64,000 nt of DNA. Origin: a virus. Below, piece after piece: positions 54,368-63,813 of this stretch (within the stretch, counting starts at the first letter, position 1; the number at the start of each line of letters is the position of its first letter). Below the pieces are notes generated by a model. That model saw nothing but the letters and a program-made list of their open reading frames with translations. It made no database searches and was not told where the DNA came from. Where the stretch lies: IMG/VR virus record IMGVR_UViG_3300015202_000004, positions 19,943 through 83,942 of that record, one strand, 5' to 3'. The position numbers and the translations under genes are program-made.

Positions 54368-55393
54368 ATGAGAAAATTAGACCCGATTGTTGAAGCTTTC
54401 ATACACAAATACGGAATATTAAATCTTTTAAGTGATATAAATGTATCTAATATACAAAAAATGGGAAATGGTCAAATCATTGCAACATGCCCATATCATG
54501 AAGATAGAAAACCATCTTTTAGTGTAAATTCATCTAATGGATTATGGACATGCTTTGCGTGTGATAAGCATGGCGACCTAATCGAAATGATAAAGCTATC
54601 CTATAATTTAGATTACAAAGATGCAAGAGACTTTATCCTGGCTCGTTCAGGTTTAGACTCAAATGTAAATATCGAAGACATAACTTTTGTCAGAGAAATA
54701 TTTAATCTTACCGAGGAAACCAACAGCGAAGAAGCTGTTAAATGGCCTGTAATTTCTCAAGATGTTATCAAGAGAATGAACGTTGGCCCCGACCCTTATG
54801 AATACCTACAAAAAAGAGGGTTTAATCAATCTACGATTGAGTATTTTGAATGTGGCTATGCTACTGATTATCTAGGGAGAGGATATGCAAATCAACAACG
54901 CATCACTATCCCAGGTCATGATGAATATGGAAAACTATGCGGTTACATCGGGCGCACACCAATTGATGCTACACCCAAATATTTGTACACCTCCGGTTAT
55001 CCCAAGTCACACACATTGTTTAATTTGCATCGTGCAAAGAAGCATAGCGCTAATGGGTTAATTTTAGTAGAAGGTTCGCTTGATGCAATGCGATTACATG
55101 ATTTAGGTTATCCGAATGTCTGCGCCATTCTTGGTTCAGCACTATCGCCTAACCAACAAAAATTGTTGTTAAAATATACCGATAAAGTATACGTTATGTT
55201 TGACAATGATGCGGCAGGTCTTAAAGCTAATCTAGGTGCTTTGGAAGCAATGAAGGACCATTTAGATATGTACTATGTTTCACTCGGGGACTTAAACGAC
55301 CCAGGTGACATTAGAGAAAAATCAGTGATTGATTCTTTAATGGCAAAAGCAAAAAGCTGGTTCAAATTTGCATTACAGAAAGGGGGTGTCTAA
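54368..55393 (+). CDS. dnaG: DnaG-type primase
   Basis: CPYHEDRKPSF..CFAC zinc finger, YL..RG, EG.LD, FDNDAAG TOPRIM. Confidence 0.93.
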   Translation: MRKLDPIVEAFIHKYGILNLLSDINVSNIQKMGNGQIIATCPYHEDRKPSFSVNSSNGLWTCFACDKHGDLIEMIKLSYNLDYKDARDFILARSGLDSNVNIEDITFVREIFNLTEETNSEEAVKWPVISQDVIKRMNVGPDPYEYLQKRGFNQSTIEYFECGYATDYLGRGYANQQRITIPGHDEYGKLCGYIGRTPIDATPKYLYTSGYPKSHTLFNLHRAKKHSANGLILVEGSLDAMRLHDLGYPNVCAILGSALSPNQQKLLLKYTDKVYVMFDNDAAGLKANLGALEAMKDHLDMYYVSLGDLNDPGDIREKSVIDSLMAKAKSWFKFALQKGGV

Positions 55394-55395
55394 TT

Positions 55396-55536
55396 ATGGA
55401 AGATGAACAGAAGATGACTAAGCTTGGCACATTCAACGAAAATACGCCACGCGGAAACAGCTATGATTCAACAGACATTGCCAAGCAATTGGCCGCTGAA
55501 GAAGCTAAGACTGAAACCACCACCGAAGACAAATAA
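55396..55536 (+). CDS. Small hypothetical protein (46 aa), not in the ORF track
   Basis: ATG after AGGGGG; MEDEQKMTKLGTF... Confidence 0.4.
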   Translation: MEDEQKMTKLGTFNENTPRGNSYDSTDIAKQLAAEEAKTETTTEDK

Positions 55537-55569
55537 TTACACAAATATAAAGGAATAAAGAAGAGAATA

Positions 55570-56331
55570 ATGGCTGTAGAACATCAAGAATTCCTAGAAG
55601 AATTACTCCAGGTTTTGACAGAAGATAGTGGCGAAGAAAAGACCCCGGAAGAAATTATGGGGGAAGTTGTTTCCATTGTTGATGATTATAAATCTGAGTT
55701 AGAATTAGCAGAGTCTGAGCAGGAAGAGCGCGATAAACTGACTATGATGGGCATCGACCCTGACGAAGAAGTGGAACAACCTGAAGAAAATGATTCCGAT
55801 TCTGAAGAAGATGACGATGCAATAATCAATAAGCCACTTAATCGCGCTTTTCTTTTAACTAAGGCGCAAAAAGAGTATTACAAGAAGCGTGGATTGACAG
55901 CGCAAGATATTGACGATTTCTCTCCTTCAGAGAAAATCAAGCATCGTAAGGGCGTTACCGCTTTATTTAATGAAATGGTTGTTGCCGAACAAGAGAAGCC
56001 AACCTCACCATCGAAGTATACTAATAGCCCTTTCAAAAAGATTGCTGGCAATGTCAACGTAAATCGTAAACCTGCCGAAGATGAAGAGGATGACTCCGAA
56101 TCTTTGTTTGATGAAGATGAAGTGACCCCAGCAGAACTTCGCTGGAAGCGTTCGCAAACCAAAGATATTAGAACAAAAATCAAGAGTGTAGAAGTTGAAA
56201 TTGATGAACTAAAGCGTCAAAATAAAATCAAGAAGATTAGTCCATCAATTGTAAATCGTAATAACGAGAGAATTGCAGAACTAGAAGAAGAGCTTGAAGA
56301 ACTTGAAGAGCAAAGAAGTCAATACAAATAA
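55570..56331 (+). CDS. Highly acidic hypothetical protein
   Basis: E/D-rich 253-aa ORF with coiled-coil end. Confidence 0.6.
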   Translation: MAVEHQEFLEELLQVLTEDSGEEKTPEEIMGEVVSIVDDYKSELELAESEQEERDKLTMMGIDPDEEVEQPEENDSDSEEDDDAIINKPLNRAFLLTKAQKEYYKKRGLTAQDIDDFSPSEKIKHRKGVTALFNEMVVAEQEKPTSPSKYTNSPFKKIAGNVNVNRKPAEDEEDDSESLFDEDEVTPAELRWKRSQTKDIRTKIKSVEVEIDELKRQNKIKKISPSIVNRNNERIAELEEELEELEEQRSQYK

Positions 56332-56357
56332 TCGCTACCATATTAAGGGAATATTAA

Positions 56358-58595
56358 ATGCAAGTTATCAAGCGTGACGGAACTTCTGAGAATTTTAACT
56401 TCGACAAAATCGAAAAAGCAATTGAGTTTGCTTGCCCAGATAAAGAAGACTCAAAGCAGTTTTTAAATGATTTAAAGATTAATCTTAAAAATAACATGGG
56501 TACCAGAGACATTCACAAAGCAGTAACTCAATTAGCAGTAGAAAAAATTGGTCCGCAATCGACTCGTTGGGATGCTGTTGCTTCTAAACTCTACCTTTAT
56601 AATCTTGTTAAGGAAGCATCACTCAATAGACACTACACGGGTTTCCAGTATGGCAACTTTTATGAATTAATCGTTATGTTGACCGAACAAGGTTTGTATC
56701 ACAAATCTGTTCTGGAAAATTATAGTAAAGAAGATATTGACGAAATTCAAGCATATCTTAAACCGGAGCGTGATTTCCTTTTCACATATGTAGGAATCAA
56801 GACGTTTGCTGAACGTTATATTGTGAAAGGTCGCTCCAAAGAAGTTTTGGAATTACCTCAAGAAGCTTACGCTGGCATTGCACTCTTTTTGGCATTGGCC
56901 GAAAAAAAAGAACAGCGATTGCAGTACGTTAAAGAATTCTACGACGTTCTTTCGCTTCATCAAATGACCGTTGCAACGCCTACAATGAGCAATGCACGTA
57001 AACCATTCAACCAATTAAGCTCGTGCTTTATTGGAACAAGCGAAGATAGTCTTGAGAGCATTTACAATGTCAACGATTTGTTTGCTCAAGTTAGCAAGCA
57101 CGGCGGAGGCATGGGTTTATATGTCGGTAAGATTCGCGCCACGAATTCTGATATTCGTGGATTTAAGAATACATCTGGTGGAATCGTTCCTTGGTTGAAG
57201 CAATTCAACGACACTGCCGTTGCTGTAAATCAGCTTGGCGTTCGTGCAGGTTCAATTTCTGTAACCCTAGATATTTGGCACAGAGACATTCATGATTTCT
57301 TACAGTTAAAAACTAACGTTGGCGACGAACGTAAGAAGGCTCATGATATTTTCCCAGCCATTTCTGTTCCAGACGTATTCATGACACAGTTGAAGAAGAG
57401 CGGTAAGTTCTATCTTTTCTGTCCACATGAGATTCGTACTCAAATGGGATGGAGTCTTGAAGACTTCTATGGCGACGAATTTGAAGCCAAGTATTGGGAA
57501 TGTGTAAACCACCCAACGCTTCCAAAAGAAGAGGTGTTGTCTCGCGACTTGATGAAAGAAGTCATCAAGTCTGCAACGGAAACGGGCGGTCCATTTTTCT
57601 TCTTCCGCGATACCGTTAATAAGCTCAATCCTAATAAGCATGCTGGCATGGTTTATGCTTCAAACTTGTGTACTGAAATTATTCAAAACATGAGCCCGAA
57701 CGGACCATTGAACAGAAAGACTTATATAGATACCGATGGCAACGAGGTTATCGTTAGCGAAAGAAAATCTGGCGACTTCGTTGTTTGTAACTTGAGTTCT
57801 TTGAACCTCGGTAAGGTTTATCAAGAAGAACATCTAGAACGAGTAGTTCCGTTGTCTATTAGAATGATGGACAACGTTATCGACATGAATTACTATCCTA
57901 TCGAAGAAGCTAGAATTACCAATAAAAAGTATCGCGCCGTTGGCCTTGGCACTTCGGGCTACCATCACATGCTCGTTCAAAATTCCATTATTTGGGATAG
58001 CGAAAAGCATATTGAGTTTGCCGATGAAGTCTACGAAAATATCAACTATCATGCAATTAAAGCCTCTATGGAACTTGCAAAGGAAAAGGGAGCATATTCC
58101 GAATTCGAAGGTTCTGATTGGCAGACTGGTAAGTATTTCGAAGACCGTGGATATACAAGCGAAAGATGGATTGAAATTAAAGCTCTCGTTGCAAAGTATG
58201 GTATTCGCAACGGTTATCTAATTGCTATCGCACCAACCGGAAGTACTTCGTTGCTATCGGGTTCAACGGCATCAATCGACCCAGTGTACGATAAGTATTG
58301 GATTGAAAGCAAAAAGGGGAGCGTTGTACCAGCTTTCGCAACAGAATTAGATAAGTACTTTTGGCATTATCTAGAGGCTCACAAGGTCAGCCAATCGTAT
58401 TCTATTAAAGCAGCAGGGGCGAGACAAAAGCATATTGACCAGTCACAAAGTTTTAATTTGTATATTACGACTGAAACCACAGCGGCTGAAATCATGAAGT
58501 TGTATTTCTTGGCGTGGACTTCTGGTTTAAAGACAACATACTATGTTCGCAGCCGTTCAGTTGAAGTTGACGACTGTATTTCTTGTAGCTCATAA
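56358..58595 (+). CDS. nrdA: Ribonucleotide reductase class I alpha subunit with ATP cone
   Basis: VIKRDG, QLSSCF, SNLCTEI, CNLSS, APTGS, TTYY, C-terminal CISC. Confidence 0.96.
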   Translation: MQVIKRDGTSENFNFDKIEKAIEFACPDKEDSKQFLNDLKINLKNNMGTRDIHKAVTQLAVEKIGPQSTRWDAVASKLYLYNLVKEASLNRHYTGFQYGNFYELIVMLTEQGLYHKSVLENYSKEDIDEIQAYLKPERDFLFTYVGIKTFAERYIVKGRSKEVLELPQEAYAGIALFLALAEKKEQRLQYVKEFYDVLSLHQMTVATPTMSNARKPFNQLSSCFIGTSEDSLESIYNVNDLFAQVSKHGGGMGLYVGKIRATNSDIRGFKNTSGGIVPWLKQFNDTAVAVNQLGVRAGSISVTLDIWHRDIHDFLQLKTNVGDERKKAHDIFPAISVPDVFMTQLKKSGKFYLFCPHEIRTQMGWSLEDFYGDEFEAKYWECVNHPTLPKEEVLSRDLMKEVIKSATETGGPFFFFRDTVNKLNPNKHAGMVYASNLCTEIIQNMSPNGPLNRKTYIDTDGNEVIVSERKSGDFVVCNLSSLNLGKVYQEEHLERVVPLSIRMMDNVIDMNYYPIEEARITNKKYRAVGLGTSGYHHMLVQNSIIWDSEKHIEFADEVYENINYHAIKASMELAKEKGAYSEFEGSDWQTGKYFEDRGYTSERWIEIKALVAKYGIRNGYLIAIAPTGSTSLLSGSTASIDPVYDKYWIESKKGSVVPAFATELDKYFWHYLEAHKVSQSYSIKAAGARQKHIDQSQSFNLYITTETTAAEIMKLYFLAWTSGLKTTYYVRSRSVEVDDCISCSS

Positions 58596-58605
58596 AGGCA
58601 ATAAA

Positions 58606-59646
58606 ATGCAACAAAATAAACTTTACAATCCTGTTTTAAATACGGAAACACGGATAATAAATGGCAATACAAATGGTATTGCAAATTTGACCAAGAACAA
58701 ATATTCATGGAGTAAGAAACTCCTCGATGGCATGAACGGAAATTTTTGGATTCCATCTGAGATTTCGCTTGGTGCAGATTCAAATGAGTATAAAAAGCTC
58801 TCAAAGCATGAGCAAGAATCATTTGATAAAATTATTTCTTTTTTGGTTTTCCTTGACAGCATGGTAACTAATGCGCTACCATTTGTATCTAGCTTTATAA
58901 CTGCTCCTGAGATTCAAGTACTCTTAACGACACATGCTTTTCAGGAAGCAATCCATTCTCAATCGTATGCCTACGTCTTAGAGTCCGTTGTAAGCCCTCA
59001 GAAGCGAGCAAAGATTTACGACCTAGCATGTACGGATGAACATATGATGAAGCGTAATGAGTATATTGCTAATTTTCATCAGAGCTTTATTGACAACCCA
59101 ACGGAACAGAATTTTTTGAAAGTTGTAGTTGCACAATATCTATTAGAAGGAATCTACTTTCAATCGGGCTTCTTGTTCTTTTTTAATCTAGCAAAAAACA
59201 ATAAACTGACTGGTGTCGGCCAAGAAATTGCTTACATTTCAAGAGACGAATCAACCCATATGGCAGTGTTTTCTAACATCTATAAAGAATTGCAGAAGGA
59301 AAACCCAGAGTTGTTCACTGAAGATTCCTATGCCGAAATTTATGAAATGGCAAAGACTTCGACCGAACACGAGATTGAATGGTTTACCTATGTTTGCGGA
59401 GATAATATTGAGGGTCTAACAGTCCAAAATATCGACGCTTACATTAAATTCCTCTCCAATCAGCGCCTCAAAACTATCGGCTTAAAACCACTTTATCCCG
59501 AAATTAAGAGCAACCCATTCCCGTTCATTGCCCAAATGTCAAACCCAAATTCAGTCAAGGTTGATTTCTTCGAAAATAAGACTATCAATTATGCAAAGGC
59601 TGGAGAAAAATTGGCACTAGATGAACTGGATAGCGTTGATTTATAA
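58606..59646 (+). CDS. nrdB: Ribonucleotide reductase class I beta subunit
   Basis: FW.P.EI.L, FLDS, EAIHSQSY, LEGIYF, RDE.TH, DFFE; start moved to ATG 58606. Confidence 0.95.
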   Translation: MQQNKLYNPVLNTETRIINGNTNGIANLTKNKYSWSKKLLDGMNGNFWIPSEISLGADSNEYKKLSKHEQESFDKIISFLVFLDSMVTNALPFVSSFITAPEIQVLLTTHAFQEAIHSQSYAYVLESVVSPQKRAKIYDLACTDEHMMKRNEYIANFHQSFIDNPTEQNFLKVVVAQYLLEGIYFQSGFLFFFNLAKNNKLTGVGQEIAYISRDESTHMAVFSNIYKELQKENPELFTEDSYAEIYEMAKTSTEHEIEWFTYVCGDNIEGLTVQNIDAYIKFLSNQRLKTIGLKPLYPEIKSNPFPFIAQMSNPNSVKVDFFENKTINYAKAGEKLALDELDSVDL

Positions 59647-59676
59647 TAGTAATTAAATTAAAGTATACGAAAACAC

Positions 59677-59705
59677 TTGCTTTTTGAGACGTAATAGATT
59701 ACAAT
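59677..59705 (+). promoter_or_regulatory. Sigma70-like promoter
   Basis: TTGCTT-17-TACAAT. Confidence 0.6.
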
Positions 59706-59857
59706 AGGAGCATGTTCGTGAAAACGGGCATGTTTTTAAATTTTTATGAGTGAAAATAAAATTGAGTAGACACATAAGCCGTAAAGTATGGCGAGGACCC
59801 GATGGGTTTTACCATGTTAAAAATCCACAAACAGCTAAGAACAAGACAGGAACCAAA

Positions 59858-61237
59858 ATGGTAAAAGAAACGGAAATTTTCGAAGAAGATGATGCGGATG
59901 ATTTATCCGCAAATAATAGCGGTCCCGTTCCCTACGAGTCAGTTCAAAAATTTATTTCCGAGTTGCGCGAAAGCTTGCGTGGCGATAAAAAAAACAACAA
60001 TTTCTTCCGTTTCTTACTAGAAAAAAATCCCAAAGCCGCGATTGAAAAGTCAAAAGCTTATTTAGCGAAATTGAGTGTTATCAGCTTACTTGCTATTCAG
60101 CGAGTAATCGAAAAAGAGTATATCATTCATGAAACCTGGCAGGACCCTTGGGAAGATGTTGAACCAGCATCCGAAATTGAAGTAACAACTGGATTCGAAA
60201 AAGAAGTTACCTGCTATGAGCATGGTATTCTTGAGCTTGTAAACAAAAAGACTAAGAATCACCTCACCGTTTTCATTAACACCGAAACCAATGCTCCTTT
60301 CTATAAAACCTATAGCATTGCTGGCACTGGTGAATCCAACTTGTTCTTGAAGCGTGTTGAAAAATCTATCAAGAAAAACAATCTTTATAAGAACAAAACG
60401 TTTACTTTGGAAAAAAGCTACAATGTTGGCTTGATTCCAAAGTTCTTAAAGGGTGCGAATGTCACCCATGCAGACGTAATCATTCCTAGCGACATTGCAG
60501 ATATCATTCAAGCAAACGTTATTGATATTTTCGAACGCGAAGACGAATATCGTGCTGCTAAAATTCCTTTGAAGCGTGGCATTCTAATGGAAGGGCCACC
60601 TGGAAACGGAAAAACAACCATAGTCAAATTCATTGAAACTCGTTTGGCTGGCAAGGTAACTATTATCTATGTTACTGATGGTGCTATCCAAGGTGCTTCC
60701 GACATTGCTGAAGTGTATCATCTTGCAAGAGACTACGCTCCCTCGATTGTTGTTCTCGAAGATATTGACACTATTGGTTTAACTCGTGAGCGTGGCAGTA
60801 ATTCTTTCACATCTGAATTGCTTGGTCAATTAGATGGTCTAGAAGAATTGAATGGCGTTGTGACCTTGGCTACAACCAACCATGCCGATTTGATTGACGA
60901 TGCTTTGAAAAATCGTCCTTCGCGTTTTGACCGTCGTTTGCAAATTCCTTTACCAAGTGAAATTGCTCGCAAAACAATGCTGACAAGATTCCTTAAAGAG
61001 AAAGACATTAACCTTACGGAACAAGAAATTACTTCCTTGTCTGGTTCTGTCACCAAAGATTTCTCTGGTGCAATGTTGAAAGAAGTTGCTATTACTGCAA
61101 AAATGCTTATGGTTCAGAATAACTTGGAAGCGATTAATATTGACACCATGAACGAAGCTATTAAAATAATCAAAGACACATTCCATGATTCTAAGATTTC
61201 TAGCAAAAGCACCACGCTAGGATTTAGAGGCAGATAA
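59858..61237 (+). CDS. Single-module AAA+ ATPase
   Basis: GPPGNGKT, VLEDID, LL..LDG, TTN..D.ID.AL..RP.RFD; start at ATG after AGGA. Confidence 0.88.
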   Translation: MVKETEIFEEDDADDLSANNSGPVPYESVQKFISELRESLRGDKKNNNFFRFLLEKNPKAAIEKSKAYLAKLSVISLLAIQRVIEKEYIIHETWQDPWEDVEPASEIEVTTGFEKEVTCYEHGILELVNKKTKNHLTVFINTETNAPFYKTYSIAGTGESNLFLKRVEKSIKKNNLYKNKTFTLEKSYNVGLIPKFLKGANVTHADVIIPSDIADIIQANVIDIFEREDEYRAAKIPLKRGILMEGPPGNGKTTIVKFIETRLAGKVTIIYVTDGAIQGASDIAEVYHLARDYAPSIVVLEDIDTIGLTRERGSNSFTSELLGQLDGLEELNGVVTLATTNHADLIDDALKNRPSRFDRRLQIPLPSEIARKTMLTRFLKEKDINLTEQEITSLSGSVTKDFSGAMLKEVAITAKMLMVQNNLEAINIDTMNEAIKIIKDTFHDSKISSKSTTLGFRGR

Positions 61238-61875
61238 TGATTAAGCTTGCTTTCGTAGGGAAGATGGCTTCTGGTAAAACAGAACTATCACAATGCTTCT
61301 TGGATAATTACGGTGGTTACAGAGTCGCTTTTGCTGACGCTTTAAAAGCCGATGTTATCAAATATCGGCTGACGCCGGATGGAGAAATCCTGAAGGCTCG
61401 GGACCGTAGTTTGCTTCAAAATTATGGTCAATTAAGACGTGGCGAGATAGCAAACATTGATTTGATGCCACAAAGAATTTTGTACAACAATCAGGGCAAA
61501 TTCACCATTGAAGAAATGGAGCCAAGTGTAACTTTTGACTTAGGCAAATGCTACCCGGAATATTGGGTAGACTTAGCTGTTGCTAAAGCACTTGAGCTTT
61601 CTGTTACCGAGAATGTAGTTATTGATGACATTCGTCGTGCCAACGAAGCCAAAGCATTGAAAGACAATGGTTTTACCATAGTTAAAATCGTTGCTTCAGA
61701 TGAAACCAGGAAACAGCGTTTAAATTTTCGCGATGGCAGATTCAACGAAAGAGATTTAAACAATATTTCCGAGAGTGAAGTTGATAAAATACCTTTTGAT
61801 TTTGGAATTAATAACGATAGAAACGATGATACAGCTAAGAACGAATTAAATCGTATTGTTGCAATTATAAAATAA
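61237..61875 (+). CDS. Deoxynucleoside monophosphate kinase
   Basis: GKMASGK, FADALK, R..LQ.YG, VIDD.R..NEA..L, SE. Confidence 0.82.
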   Translation: MIKLAFVGKMASGKTELSQCFLDNYGGYRVAFADALKADVIKYRLTPDGEILKARDRSLLQNYGQLRRGEIANIDLMPQRILYNNQGKFTIEEMEPSVTFDLGKCYPEYWVDLAVAKALELSVTENVVIDDIRRANEAKALKDNGFTIVKIVASDETRKQRLNFRDGRFNERDLNNISESEVDKIPFDFGINNDRNDDTAKNELNRIVAIIK

Positions 61876-61978
61876 TAACGTACTTGTTATTAGAAATCAA
61901 AAAATGTAACATATATACTAAAATAAGAAGGATGGGTATTGACAAGATATCCTCCTTTTATTCTAGTAGGTATTATAA

Positions 61979-62392
61979 GTGAAGACTTTTGATGAAGTGC
62001 CCCCGGAACTACATAAAGAAGTGGCTATTAAAGTAATTAAACATTGCTTAAAGTCATATTATAAAATGAGTAGTTCTATGTATCCGCAATCGAGCGTGGT
62101 AAGAGAAGCAGATGCTATGAACACCTATCCTGGTGATATATTCGACCTAAAATTGGATATTGACCGGGCAGTAGGTGTTTTGTCGTTAAAACTTAAGAAG
62201 ATTATTATTATGCATTTCATTATTGACGTACCAGTTGATAAGATTTGTTCGATGCTAGGTTATAAATTCCGAGTCGACTTTTATAGAAAGCTTGATGAAG
62301 CATTCAATGATATGTACAACGAGCTTGGCCCTCAGTGGTTAAGGACGAATGACGCAGATTATAAAAATACAAAAGCAACTCACGGATTCTAA
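61979..62392 (+). CDS. Stand-alone sigma region-4-like HTH protein
   Basis: LDIDRAV..L..K.KKII..HF......IC..LGY....FYRKLDEA. Confidence 0.55.
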   Translation: MKTFDEVPPELHKEVAIKVIKHCLKSYYKMSSSMYPQSSVVREADAMNTYPGDIFDLKLDIDRAVGVLSLKLKKIIIMHFIIDVPVDKICSMLGYKFRVDFYRKLDEAFNDMYNELGPQWLRTNDADYKNTKATHGF

Positions 62393-62936
62393 AAGAATAG
62401 CTTGTATTGGTTCTACAAAAATAGATGTAGACGAGATTAAACTATGTCAAATAATCGGTTATACGATTGCCAAAATGGGAATTGAATTAGCTAGTGGCAA
62501 TGCAATTGGTGCAGACCAATCATATGTCAAAGGTGCAAACCTAGTTGATGAAAAATTAGTCTTTCTTTATCTAACTGATACAAAACATAATCCGTATGCC
62601 ATTAAACCTGGCAATAATTTAATTTATAGCGATGACCATCCTGAATGGTCAGAAATTGCGAAACGTAATCACGGCGGCTATAATAATCAATCATTAAACG
62701 TTCAAAAACTATTTGACCGGAACGTAGGCATTGTGCTTTCATCAAATTTAGTTATTGCGTTGCCCAACCCAAATAAATCCTGGGGCGGAGGCACCGGACA
62801 CGGTATGAAAATAGCTCAAGAAGCTGGTATACCTGTTTGGAACATATTAAAGGATAATCAATTGGTCGATGACCTTAAGACTTTCATGAAGTCTTATTTA
62901 GAGGGTGAACAAACAAATGGAAGAATACAAACTTGA
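62349..62936 (+). CDS. SLOG/DprA-like protein
   Basis: IACIGS, SGNAIGAD, RN..IV, GGTGH...A...GIPV.N. Confidence 0.75.
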   Translation: MTQIIKIQKQLTDSKRIACIGSTKIDVDEIKLCQIIGYTIAKMGIELASGNAIGADQSYVKGANLVDEKLVFLYLTDTKHNPYAIKPGNNLIYSDDHPEWSEIAKRNHGGYNNQSLNVQKLFDRNVGIVLSSNLVIALPNPNKSWGGGTGHGMKIAQEAGIPVWNILKDNQLVDDLKTFMKSYLEGEQTNGRIQT

Positions 62937-63312
62937 TACCCAAGATATCGCCATTACCCTAGAAAATTATGATGCACTTGCTAAAAAATACCGCCCGGTT
63001 ATTCTAGCAAACATCAAGCGAATTCACAAGATGCATCTAAGTCATCCGCAAGTAGAATACGACGACCTTTATCAAGAAGGTCTTATTGCTTTATATGAAA
63101 GCATTAAGAACTTTAAACCAGAAAAAGGTGTCTACTTCGGAGTTTACCTTAAGGTAGCTATTAGCAATAGATTAAAGTGTTTCTGCCGTAATTTCTTGCC
63201 ACATCGTTACATGAAAGATAAAGAAGAGACTGAGCGTAAAGGCCGTCCATCTTTCAAGAGAATCCCAATCCACGTTGGGACTTTAGACGATGTTAAGAGC
63301 TATCTTTTGTGA
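62905..63312 (+). CDS. Stand-alone sigma region-2 protein (no region 4)
   Basis: YDDLYQEG.IALYESIKNF.PEKG..F..YL...I.NRL; ends about 40 aa later. Confidence 0.75.
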   Translation: MNKQMEEYKLDTQDIAITLENYDALAKKYRPVILANIKRIHKMHLSHPQVEYDDLYQEGLIALYESIKNFKPEKGVYFGVYLKVAISNRLKCFCRNFLPHRYMKDKEETERKGRPSFKRIPIHVGTLDDVKSYLL

Positions 63313-63345
63313 CTTAAATAGTAACGTGATTCCAATTTTTCCCAA

Positions 63346-63399
63346 GAGAAATTGCAGTTATTGTAGTTTTATCAACTTTGTAAATAGCTGCAATTTCTC
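63346..63399. other. Long intergenic inverted repeat
   Basis: GAGAAATTGCAG / CTGCAATTTCTC perfect 12 bp, extended by TTATT/AATAG. Confidence 0.8.
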
Positions 63400-63441
63400 G
63401 ATGTTTTAACAATTCAAAGCTATATACTACAATTATATAAT

Positions 63442-63813
63442 ATGGATATTACATGCGAGCATATAGAAAAAATCTGTAAATTTATAGATTATTTTTATAA
63501 ATCAAATAATTATTACCCGGTGGTTGTCGCGGCACCCAAGTTGATTGAAGAATTTCTTTTAACTTGTACCCTGGGCGATTATCCGGGGCAAGGCGATTTA
63601 GAACAATATAAGAGTATTCTCGATAGATACCACTATGGACGTGATAAAACTTATAAGAACGCTTTGATGCCTGAAGGTTTGATATTTTTACAGTTAAATG
63701 GCTCAATAAAATATTATCGAATTTACGATTTGCCACGAAAAGAAAAGAAGAAAGTCGAAACTAATGCTACCGGAAGTGTCTTCAAGCACATCAACTTCAA
63801 TGTCCAATTATGA
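63442..63813 (+). CDS. Hypothetical protein
   Basis: 123-aa ORF after a promoter-like sequence. Confidence 0.55.
   Translation: MDITCEHIEKICKFIDYFYKSNNYYPVVVAAPKLIEEFLLTCTLGDYPGQGDLEQYKSILDRYHYGRDKTYKNALMPEGLIFLQLNGSIKYYRIYDLPRKEKKKVETNATGSVFKHINFNVQL

Noticed and set aside
399-63736. Many short antisense or nested ORFs in the track (e.g. 8376-8600, 23924-24346, 41822-42154, 47796-48194)
   Set aside because: They lie opposite or inside well-supported genes, mirror codon bias or low-complexity tracts, and have no SD or motifs.
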